From contig CAZHTZ010000002.1 of NCBI GenBank assembly GCA_964535455.1, forward strand, positions 1 through 55,119: a DNA stretch of 55,119 bases, in the 5' to 3' direction. Shown piece after piece: positions 44,800-52,101 of the stretch; position 1 is the stretch's first letter; every line of letters begins with the position of its first letter. The notes beneath the pieces are model-generated. The model saw nothing but the letters and a program-made list of their open reading frames with translations. It did no database searches and was not told where the DNA came from. This stretch comes from an uncultured Caldilineales bacterium. GTDB lineage: Bacteria > Chloroflexota > Anaerolineae > J102. A program made the position numbers and the translations under genes.

Positions 44800-45639
44800 T
44801 CAGGAAATGATTGCGGCGACGATTTTTGATATCGCATCGGGCCCGGCCAGCGTCACCTGCTTTTCCGAACCGAAGAAGTTGGTCACAACAAGACCTGCGG
44901 CCTCCGCCTCCTCTACGGCGTAGCGCGCAAACGCCGGCGTTGTGCCATAACCGACGCGCGTCCAGGAGGTTCCCGTAACGTAGTCCAGCGATCGGGAGGT
45001 CCACCCGCGCTCGTTGAACTCCGTCGCCAGCGAGAACCAGAAGGCGCGGACATCCGGTTCATAGAAGCGGGCAAAGAACCGCTTGGCGATGCGGTCGCCG
45101 GGCACGGCACGCGCCTCAAGCAGGCCGAACTTTGTCAGGTGAGCGGTGATGTGATTGCGGGTCTTCTCAGCCGTGCTTGGCGTTGACGTGGTGAGCCGGC
45201 CAGCCAAAAAAGCGGTCCAGTCCTCCACCGTGATCTCGCCCTCTTGGGCCTTGCCCAGGCCGCGGGTGCTCGACTCGGCCCTGGGCAGCACGAGGTCACG
45301 CAGTGCCTCCCAGACGAGGGATGTGGACCGCAGGTATTGGCCCAGCAACAGATCCCTTCGCAGCCGTGCAGGCAGGCCCTCGTTCCGCAACAGGATCAGA
45401 AGCGGCGTCACGACAATGCAGTCGCCCTCTACCACGAGAAACTTGGCCTGCACAGCGTGAACGATCTCCTGGCGTCGTTTAAGTGACGCTTGCGAGAGGC
45501 GCATCCGCGCCTCCTGGCGCCAGGCAGCTACGCCGGGATACTCTCGCGTGAGAGCCACCAGCGTAAGTGCTTCGTCGATGTCGATGGACTTCGTCAGCGG
45601 GCCGTAGCGACCCACGACAGCGGTTGCGGTCACAGCCAC
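44800..45639 (-). CDS. Hypothetical protein (weak BrxA/DUF1819-like impression)
   Basis: GTG start overlapping the upstream gene's stop. The segment ...VEDWTAFLAGRLTTSTPSTAEKTRNHITAHLTKFGLLE... recalls the C-terminal part of BrxA-like proteins. Unverified. Confidence 0.55.
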   Translation of the reverse strand: MAVTATAVVGRYGPLTKSIDIDEALTLVALTREYPGVAAWRQEARMRLSQASLKRRQEIVHAVQAKFLVVEGDCIVVTPLLILLRNEGLPARLRRDLLLGQYLRSTSLVWEALRDLVLPRAESSTRGLGKAQEGEITVEDWTAFLAGRLTTSTPSTAEKTRNHITAHLTKFGLLEARAVPGDRIAKRFFARFYEPDVRAFWFSLATEFNERGWTSRSLDYVTGTSWTRVGYGTTPAFARYAVEEAEAAGLVVTNFFGSEKQVTLAGPDAISKIVAAIIS

Positions 45640-46439
45640 AGGGGTTGGCGTCCTTCTTTGTGCAGGAGACGCAGATCACGATGAGCATGGCGGGAGCTCA
45701 GGCCCACGATTTCGTGGTGGCTCGCACCGGACTTGAGCGTGGCGGTCAGATCAGTGTCGTCAAGCCGGATCGGCAGCTCAGTATTCGGCGGCGCGTCCAA
45801 TCCCCAGGCAATTAACCCGGCAAAAAGCATCTCCAGCGGCGATTCACAGACGATAGTGAAGTTGTCCCAGAAATAGAGCTCGGCGCCGGGCCGGCTGCAC
45901 AGCGCATAAGCCACCCAGCCACCCGTGCCCGGTAACTCCAACCAACGCTCGTGGCGGGCCGGAAGCGGAAGACCAGCCAAGGCTTCATCAGACGGCAGAT
46001 CCACACCTAAGACGCCGGCCTGCGCTCGCAGATAGGCATCGCGCGGTTGCTCGGCAAAGGTAGGTGCCTTCTCTATCCACCCCGCCACCTCGGCGGGCGG
46101 CAGGTGCAATAGACCCCACTCCGGCCAGTCGGGCCACCAGTGCTCCGGTGCGAAGGGCACAGGCATGCCGGCGCCAGCATCTTGGATGGCCAGTGCAGCC
46201 AGGTCGGCGGCGGTCAACTCGTTGCGAAAGGTGGACCACACGGCAGGTCCTTCGCCAGTGAAGCGCAAAGGCACACGACCCTCAACTTCGGCTCGAACCA
46301 AGGCGCGCAGACTGGCCTGGACGAACAGATCAACTTCATAGGACTGAGTAGTGGCGGTCGATGGCATCGTGGCGTTGCCGGAAATGCCCAACGTCTTGTG
46401 GACTGCTTTGTCGTGCTCTTGTCTTTGCCCAGGCTGCAT
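45630..46439 (-). CDS. Hypothetical protein, first gene of the island operon
   Basis: ORF 45630..46439 (an alternative ATG is at 46367). It contains ...WLELPGTGGWVAYAL...ELYFWD..., a faint Rossmann/SAM-MTase motif I/II-like pattern. No confident family. Confidence 0.5.
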   Translation of the reverse strand: MQPGQRQEHDKAVHKTLGISGNATMPSTATTQSYEVDLFVQASLRALVRAEVEGRVPLRFTGEGPAVWSTFRNELTAADLAALAIQDAGAGMPVPFAPEHWWPDWPEWGLLHLPPAEVAGWIEKAPTFAEQPRDAYLRAQAGVLGVDLPSDEALAGLPLPARHERWLELPGTGGWVAYALCSRPGAELYFWDNFTIVCESPLEMLFAGLIAWGLDAPPNTELPIRLDDTDLTATLKSGASHHEIVGLSSRHAHRDLRLLHKEGRQPLWL

Positions 46440-46677
46440 CGCGGCGCCTTTTCCAGAACCACCGGGCGGCCAGTATCAGCAGCGGGCCTTACAGTTGGAC
46501 AAGCATAGCGCAACCTGGGGTGGAGGTCTAGATTGGGCACGGCTGTCACGATGGGGCCGGCCAGGCGCTCGATGATCCTGGCAGAAGAGTGGTCGTCCGA
46601 ATGCTGTCCCACCCTGTCTGCACGGCGAACTCACCACCATGCCAGCTTTGTACGTGCCCAAATACGAAAACTGGTAC

Positions 46678-46706
46678 TTGACAAGATAACAAAATTGTGA
46701 TAAAAA
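46678..46706 (+). promoter_or_regulatory. Sigma-70-like promoter candidate upstream of the toxin-antitoxin locus
   Basis: TTGACA (46678-46683), a 17-nt spacer ending in TGTGA, then TAAAAA (46701-46706). It lies in an AT-rich stretch. Confidence 0.35.
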
Positions 46707-46851
46707 GGAAGCAACGTCACGTCCGTTGGCGAGCGTCGCCGGTGAGGCGGACAAGCCTTAACAATGTAATAGGAAAGCCTATGGCCAAACCAGTTACCTG
46801 TTGTGTCCTATTTTCAAGAAACGACCAATCACGGTTCAAATAGGAGGCGCC

Positions 46852-46926
46852 ATGACCAATCCATTCCCAGCTACTAGAGCGTTCCCGTATGTGTCTTTGA
46901 AACACGATTGTGAAGCGATAGTATGA
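46852..46926 (+). CDS. 24-codon upstream mini-ORF translationally coupled to the toxin gene
   Basis: AGGAGG lies 5 nt before the ATG at 46852. The peptide is MTNPFPATRAFPYVSLKHDCEAIV. Its TGA overlaps the toxin ATG (ATGA at 46923-46926). The toxin gene has no SD of its own. Confidence 0.35.
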   Translation: MTNPFPATRAFPYVSLKHDCEAIV

Positions 46927-47312
46927 GCGGGCAAACGTCACGGCAGCAATGGAGCCTGTATTTCTACGAGACTGATGGAGGGGCAAGTCCAGTTACGGAT
47001 TTCCTCGAAGGCCTCACCAAAGCAGAGTGGGCACAATGCCTCAAGCACCTCGACACGATTCAGAAGTTGCTCACTGAGCATCAGGGACGTCTCGGGGAAC
47101 CCCAGGCAAGCCACCTGCAAGGCGATCTCTGGGAGTTTCGTTTTTCGATAGCGCGCAAGAAGATCAGAATTCTCTACTTCGTAGCAGCACCGGGAGAAGT
47201 CATCCTCCTGCACGCTTTTATGAAAAAGACTCAAAAAACGCCCCCAAAGGAGATTGACACAGCCTTCAATCGTATGAATAGGCACCAAAGCACGAACAAG
47301 AGCAATAGCTAA
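46923..47312 (+). CDS. Type II toxin, RelE/HigB superfamily (Gp49-like)
   Basis: ...WSLYFYETDGGASPVTDFLEGL...LQGDLWEFRFSIARKKIRILYFVAAPGEVILLHAFMKKTQKTPPKEID is typical of the Gp49/HigB-like addiction-module killer. An HTH gene follows. Confidence 0.8.
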   Translation: MSGQTSRQQWSLYFYETDGGASPVTDFLEGLTKAEWAQCLKHLDTIQKLLTEHQGRLGEPQASHLQGDLWEFRFSIARKKIRILYFVAAPGEVILLHAFMKKTQKTPPKEIDTAFNRMNRHQSTNKSNS

Positions 47313-47384
47313 GCTGTCGCTAATGGGTACGTTTTTTTAGTGTATTTTCTGGGAAGAGAAAACCACTTTTGATTTTACCGGTGT

Positions 47385-47420
47385 CTGCCAGGGAAGCGGT
47401 AAGAACCGTTTCCCTGGCAG
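47385..47420 (+). other. 16-bp stem hairpin in the toxin-antitoxin spacer
   Basis: CTGCCAGGGAAGCGGT, loop aaga, ACCGTTTCCCTGGCAG, with one G-T pair. No T-run follows. Confidence 0.5.
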
Positions 47421-47498
47421 CAATCCTAGTTATCACTTTCTTGCACCTCGAAGCGGACGTTTTTCCTCGAGGCTAGCGTTTACTCACTCACCTATTTT

Positions 47499-47789
47499 AT
47501 GACCCTAAGATTCGACGACTACCTGTCTGCGAAGCTTGAAGATGTGGACTTCGCCGCCGCCTTCCAAGCTCTCGAAACGCGCTTTGCTGTAGCGAGGCAA
47601 ATCATTGACTTGCGTCAACGCTTGGGTTTGACGCAGGCTGATCTGGCTGCACGCACGGGCACGAGACAGTCCGGCATTTCTCGTCTCGAAAACGCCACAT
47701 CGTTGCCAACCTTGAGCTTTCTCAGTCGAGTCGCTGATGCTTTGGACGCCGATATCGAGGTTCGATTGGTTCTCAGAGAACGACTCTAA
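47499..47789 (+). CDS. XRE-family HTH antitoxin (HigA-like)
   Basis: ...LRQRLGLTQADLAARTGTRQSGISRLENA... is a classical Cro/C1 HTH. It is 96 aa and lies downstream of the toxin. Confidence 0.8.
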   Translation: MTLRFDDYLSAKLEDVDFAAAFQALETRFAVARQIIDLRQRLGLTQADLAARTGTRQSGISRLENATSLPTLSFLSRVADALDADIEVRLVLRERL

Positions 47790-48127
47790 GTCACCGTTGT
47801 CAGGGCGATTCAACGGTTCGATAGCGTCCTTGCATTCACTTCGATGTGGCTCCTCAACGCTAGCGAGTGCGCAGGCAGCCGTTGAAAGCGAGACGAGAAA
47901 CCGGGACCATAGGCTAACATCAGTTTGCTAAGTAAGTTGTAAGCCCGGACATACCTTAGCACATCCGGGCTCGGGGAAAGCCGCAAGCGACCGAAGGCCG
48001 CAGGCAGTGGGGAATCTGGCGCAATGCCAGAGATCGTCCTGGACAGTCCCGTTCCGTTGATTCGGCTGATGCTGCGCCGTTTGGCCCGTGACTGACCTTT
48101 TCAAACAGCTTCTTTGCGACCACCGTG

Positions 48128-48784
48128 CTAGAGCAGCCCCAGTTGCTGCGCCCACAGAGCCGCCTGGGTGCGGTCGCGGGCGCCGATCTTCCCCAAAAGA
48201 TTGGTTCCGTAGTTCTTGACAGTGCCCTCGGCCAGATACAGCCGTTCGGCGATTTCGCGGTTGCTTAGCCCTTCGGCAACCAGGCGGAGCACGTCCAGCT
48301 CCCGGTCAGATAGAGGCTCCGGCAGTCCGGAGGCAGACGGTCGCGTGGGCGCACCAAGTCGCGCAAACTCGGCCACCACCTTACGGGTGACAGAGGGGTC
48401 AATCAGCGCACCTCCCGCCGCCACGGTGCGGATGGCGTCGGCTAGCTCGCCGCTGGAAACTGCTTTCAACAGGTAGCCCTGGGCGCCGGCGCGCAGCCCC
48501 TCGAACACGTACTCGTCGTCATCAAAGGTAGTCAGAATGATCACGCGTGCTTCAGGCCAGGTCTGGCGGATGCGGCGGGTCGCCTCGACCCCATCCATGA
48601 CCGGCATGCGCACGTCCATGAGCACAACGTCAGGCGTACACTCGGCATAGGCCGTGATCGCAGCCTGGCCGTCCCCTGCCTCACCCACCACGTCCAGGTC
48701 AGGTTCCAGCTCGAGCAGGGTGCGCAAGCCGTCGCGCATGAGGCGCTGGTCGTCGACGACCAGGATGCCGAGCTTAGGCGTCAT
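48128..48784 (-). CDS. NarL/FixJ-family response regulator (REC + LuxR HTH)
   Basis: ILVVDDQRLMRDGL...VVLMDVRMPVMDG is the receiver domain. LSDRELDVLRLVAEGLSNREIAERLYLAEGTVKNY is the LuxR-type HTH. Confidence 0.9.
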   Translation of the reverse strand: MTPKLGILVVDDQRLMRDGLRTLLELEPDLDVVGEAGDGQAAITAYAECTPDVVLMDVRMPVMDGVEATRRIRQTWPEARVIILTTFDDDEYVFEGLRAGAQGYLLKAVSSGELADAIRTVAAGGALIDPSVTRKVVAEFARLGAPTRPSASGLPEPLSDRELDVLRLVAEGLSNREIAERLYLAEGTVKNYGTNLLGKIGARDRTQAALWAQQLGLL

Positions 48785-49979
48785 CGCCGTCTTCCAGAGA
48801 CAGGGGCAGTTGCAGGGTCAACTCGGCGCCCCCACCCGACCGCGGCGCCAGAGACAGAGTGCCGCCGAGCTGGTTCGCCCGTTCCTCCAGCCCGCGTAGA
48901 CCGAAACCCTGGTACCGCACGTCCACAGGCAGTCCGGCGCCGTTGTCGCACACTTGCAGGATAACCAAGCCGTTCTGCCGCCCCAGTTGCACCCACACCT
49001 GGTCGGCGTCAGCGTGGCGTTGGACGTTGGTCAACCCCTCCTGCATCGCACGGTAGAGCGCCAGCCGCTGCGGATCCGGCAAGCGCGGCGCCGGCTCGAC
49101 GATGTCAAGATGAACGGCAATGCCGGTGGCCTCCTGAAACGCTCTTGCCAGGCGTTGCAGCGCCGTGGGCAGCGAGAGATCGACCTCGACCGGCGCCCGC
49201 AGGGTGGCAACCGTGCAGCGCAGATCCCCCAGCGCCTCCAGCACCTGCTCGTGCACGGTGCCCACCATCGCCGCCGCCCGGTCGGCGTCACGGGCGATCA
49301 AGCGTTGGGCGCCCTCAAGCTGTACTGCGGCCACTGTAAGTCGATGACCCAGGGTGTCGTGCATCTCCCGCGCCAGGCGATTGCGTTCCTCTGCCACGGC
49401 CAGCTCCTCGACTCGGCCGGCGTAGTCCTGGAGCTGGAGGTTAGCCGCCTGCAGCTCCAGGAGCAGTTTCTGGCTTTCGGCCTGGGCGGCCTGGGCACGG
49501 GCCGTGACGGTGGCAAACGATGCGAAGAAGTAATAACCGCCGGCGTAGATAAGCGACGTGATCAGGCCGAGGAAACCATCGGTGATGTAGAGCACCACGG
49601 CGGTGATCAGGGCAAAGGAAACGATGTAGGCGAGCCAGACGCGCTGCCGGAAGAGCATCGGCACGGTGCCGCTCAGCACGAAAAACAGCAGGGCGTAGAA
49701 GCCGTACAGCGGCGGGATCAGCATCAGCGCCACGATCAGGACTACTTGCAGCAGAATGAAGACATGCCGCAGCCATGGCCGCCGTGCCCACCAGGTGTTG
49801 ATCTGGGCGATCACGCTCACACCGAGCAGGATCAGCATCAGGCTCAGGGCGATCCACCGTTCCGGACGCTGCTCGCCGAAGTAGAAGCTCACTGCCAGCA
49901 GAGAGACACTGAGGATAACGAGGAAACCGCCCATTTCGGGCAGGCGGCTCTTTAGAAAGGCGCGGAAGTGGGCAAGCAT
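48774..49979 (-). CDS. Membrane sensor histidine kinase (HisKA_3 / NarL-partner type)
   Basis: ATG at 49979 (MLAHFRAF...). About 5 TM segments, the H-box EERNRLAREMHDTLGHRLT, and a HATPase region ...QVCDNGAG...GFGLRGLEERA. It overlaps the regulator gene by 11 nt. Confidence 0.85.
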   Translation of the reverse strand: MLAHFRAFLKSRLPEMGGFLVILSVSLLAVSFYFGEQRPERWIALSLMLILLGVSVIAQINTWWARRPWLRHVFILLQVVLIVALMLIPPLYGFYALLFFVLSGTVPMLFRQRVWLAYIVSFALITAVVLYITDGFLGLITSLIYAGGYYFFASFATVTARAQAAQAESQKLLLELQAANLQLQDYAGRVEELAVAEERNRLAREMHDTLGHRLTVAAVQLEGAQRLIARDADRAAAMVGTVHEQVLEALGDLRCTVATLRAPVEVDLSLPTALQRLARAFQEATGIAVHLDIVEPAPRLPDPQRLALYRAMQEGLTNVQRHADADQVWVQLGRQNGLVILQVCDNGAGLPVDVRYQGFGLRGLEERANQLGGTLSLAPRSGGGAELTLQLPLSLEDGDDA

Positions 49980-50129
49980 TTTTCTCGGCCGAGCCAAGGC
50001 GAAGGTTCTGTTGGACGCTGTCTTATGTTTGTCCGCGGCTGCATCATAATGCGTTCGGGAAGGAGGAACAAGAACGAGGGCGCAGCGTCTGCTCAGGAGC
50101 GAAGGCGCCAGACCCACGCAGTCCAGTAG

Positions 50130-50651
50130 CTACTCATAGCGAAACCTCCACAAGCCGATGCTCAAGTAGACCGCACCGAAGAGGAGCAAGAGCGCGGCGC
50201 TGGGCAGGACGGCCGCCAGGCCCAGACCGCGCACAATGATGTCTTGAAATCCCTGCATCGCCCAATAGGTTGGGGTGAGCCGGGCGAGCTGCTGCATCCA
50301 CGCCGGAACGATTTCAATCGGCCACCAGGCGCCGCCAAGGGCGGCCACAGTGTACATGAGGATGTTGGCGAGAGCATTGGCCTGTGCGTAGGTGCGGGCG
50401 ATGCCGGCAATAAGCATGCCCAGGCTGGTAATACTGAAGGCGAAGCTGAGCACCATGACCAGCAATGCCACCGGCGCCTGGCCCCACGGCACCCCGAACA
50501 AGAGGGCGCCGGCCCCGATGAGAATGGCGGCCTGCACCAGGCCGGCGACGTAGATGCCGCCGAGCTTGCCGAACATGATCGCGGCCTTGCGCATGGGCAT
50601 GACCAGCAGCCGGCGCAGCGTGCCTTTTGGATAGTCGGTTGACTTCCACAA
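50130..50651 (-). pseudogene. ABC-2-type transporter permease, C-terminal remnant (N-terminus and partner ATPase missing)
   Basis: ...GTLRRLLVMPMRKAAIMFGK... plus four TM segments corresponds to the C-terminal two-thirds of an ABC-2 permease. The only start is a TTG. The upstream frame is closed 5 codons earlier. A short fragment that may belong to the permease (..VGIAATFQGVLTVSAIVE) lies in another frame up to 50718. Confidence 0.6.
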
Positions 50652-50775
50652 TGGCGGACACGGTCAGCACTCCTTGAAAGGTTGCAGCTATGCCTACAGT
50701 ATCGACAGGCGGGGTCATGTCGAGCAGTGCCAGAAGTCACGGCCGGGGTCACGTGACCGCGGACACAGCAGGCGA

Positions 50776-50804
50776 TTGACAAGGCTTGACGCGTGCGCTA
50801 GTAT
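50776..50804 (+). promoter_or_regulatory. Near-consensus sigma-70-like promoter for the UBP zinc-finger gene
   Basis: TTGACA (50776-50781), a 17-nt spacer, then TAGTAT (50799-50804), about 54 nt before the ATG. The 12-bp palindrome GGTCACGTGACC lies at 50747-50758, just upstream. Confidence 0.45.
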
Positions 50805-50857
50805 GCGCCTCGACCTGCCAGGAACTCCACGCCTTCAACCACCATCAAGGAAGATCC

Positions 50858-51109
50858 ATGAGCTGCACTCACCTCGACCAGATACACGACGTCACCCCGA
50901 GCGCCAAAGGCTGCGAAGACTGCCTGAGGATCGGAGGCACCTGGGTCCACCTGCGGATGTGCCTGACATGCGGTCACGCCGGCTGTTGCGATCACTCGCC
51001 CAACCGTCACGCCACCAAACACTACCACGCCACTGGCCACCCAATCGTCCGCTCCCTTGAAGAAGGCGAAACCTGGCGCTGGTGTTATGTCGACCAAGAA
51101 TTGGTGTAG
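50858..51109 (+). CDS. UBP-type zinc-finger protein
   Basis: MSCTHLDQIHDVTPSAKGCEDCLRIGGTWVHLRMCLTCGHAGCCDHSPNRHATKHYHATGHP is a zf-UBP pattern. Confidence 0.8.
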   Translation: MSCTHLDQIHDVTPSAKGCEDCLRIGGTWVHLRMCLTCGHAGCCDHSPNRHATKHYHATGHPIVRSLEEGETWRWCYVDQELV

Positions 51110-51151
51110 TACGCCAGGGTGGCGTCCAGGCTGAGTCGCTGCAGCACCAGC

Positions 51152-51667
51152 CTACTTGGTCGAAGACAGTACCAGATCGAAGCTTGCACTCGTCGCCCCC
51201 TGGCTCGGATAGTGTTGGGTGACCAGTGTTTGGTAACCGGGCGCCGTCACGCGTACGTGAATGTGCGGCGGGCGACCGCTGTACGGCGGCGGGCCGTGGC
51301 TTCTGAAGCGGTAAGCGCCATCCTCACCGGCAAACAGCGCAGCCCGAAAAGCATCGCTGTACTGTCCGTCTGGCCCTGCCAGCCAGAGCTCGATTTGGGC
51401 GCCGGGAAGGGGCAGGCAGTCAACGGCTGACCGCACCACGCCACTGAGAACGTAGCCCTGCCCGACGCTGTCGCGAACCGGGGCGCCCGGCACGTAGAAG
51501 GGACCGAGGGCATCTTCCTGGGTGGGAGAACAGGCGATGGGTGTCTGACCATGTACGGCCGCGGTGGACGCGGCCGGAGTAGGCGGCGCCGGAGGCCGAC
51601 AGGCCGTGAACAGGCAGCCGGTCACCACGAACAGTGCCAGTGCCAAGAAACGCATGGGTCGGGTCAT
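51152..51667 (-). CDS. Secreted/lipoprotein intradiol ring-cleavage dioxygenase-like protein
   Basis: The ATG at 51667 overlaps the upstream stop (ATGA). MTRPMRFLALALFVVTGC is a lipobox. ...LGPFYVPGAP...GAQIELW...GRPPHIHVRV is an intradiol-dioxygenase-like core. Confidence 0.7.
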   Translation of the reverse strand: MTRPMRFLALALFVVTGCLFTACRPPAPPTPAASTAAVHGQTPIACSPTQEDALGPFYVPGAPVRDSVGQGYVLSGVVRSAVDCLPLPGAQIELWLAGPDGQYSDAFRAALFAGEDGAYRFRSHGPPPYSGRPPHIHVRVTAPGYQTLVTQHYPSQGATSASFDLVLSSTK

Positions 51668-52101
51668 GGCCTCCTCCAAATCGTGCCGTCTTCTTCGATC
51701 CGCAGGCGCTCACCGGTCCGCAAGCTGGCGAAGTCGCTGCCGGCCAGCGCCAGCACGGGTAGGACGCGTCCATACATCACCTCGGCGACAACGGAGGCCA
51801 GGGCGAAAAAGGAATCGATGCCTGTAGTCAGGATGGCGGCAGGAGCGGTGCCCGCACGCACGGCTTCCAGCAGAACGGCAGTCGTGGTCGATGACCCGCG
51901 GGTGAAGGGCACCGCCAGGACGCGGCCCGCCGCGACCTGGCCCACAAGCGGGTGCCGGCGATCGATGATCTCGCCCGTGCGGTAGTCGTAGCCGCCCCAG
52001 AACGACAGCGGCTCGGTGGTCGCCAGGACGACGCCCTCAGCCGCACCGCGGATAATCGGCTGCGCCCGCAAGACAGGCTGTGACGTCACCTCGACGCCCA
52101 T
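51664..52101 (-). CDS. Aconitase X swivel-domain protein (DUF126)
   Basis: ...GAAEGVVLATTEPLSFWGGYDYRTGEIIDRRHPLVGQVAAGRVLAVPFTRGSSTTTAVLLEAVRAGTAPAAIL is a DUF126 pattern. It overlaps the large-subunit gene. Confidence 0.8.
   Translation of the reverse strand: MGVEVTSQPVLRAQPIIRGAAEGVVLATTEPLSFWGGYDYRTGEIIDRRHPLVGQVAAGRVLAVPFTRGSSTTTAVLLEAVRAGTAPAAILTTGIDSFFALASVVAEVMYGRVLPVLALAGSDFASLRTGERLRIEEDGTIWRRP

Noticed and set aside
47930-48127. Possible structured RNA between the antitoxin and response-regulator genes (CCGGGCUC / GGAAAGCC strings reminiscent of RNase P, and hairpin AGCCCGGA...TCCGGGCT)
   Set aside because: The order and spacing of the strings do not match the RNase P core or any other RNA family I can recognise. 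The hairpins are short and lack U-runs. I treat the region as unassigned convergent-gene spacer.
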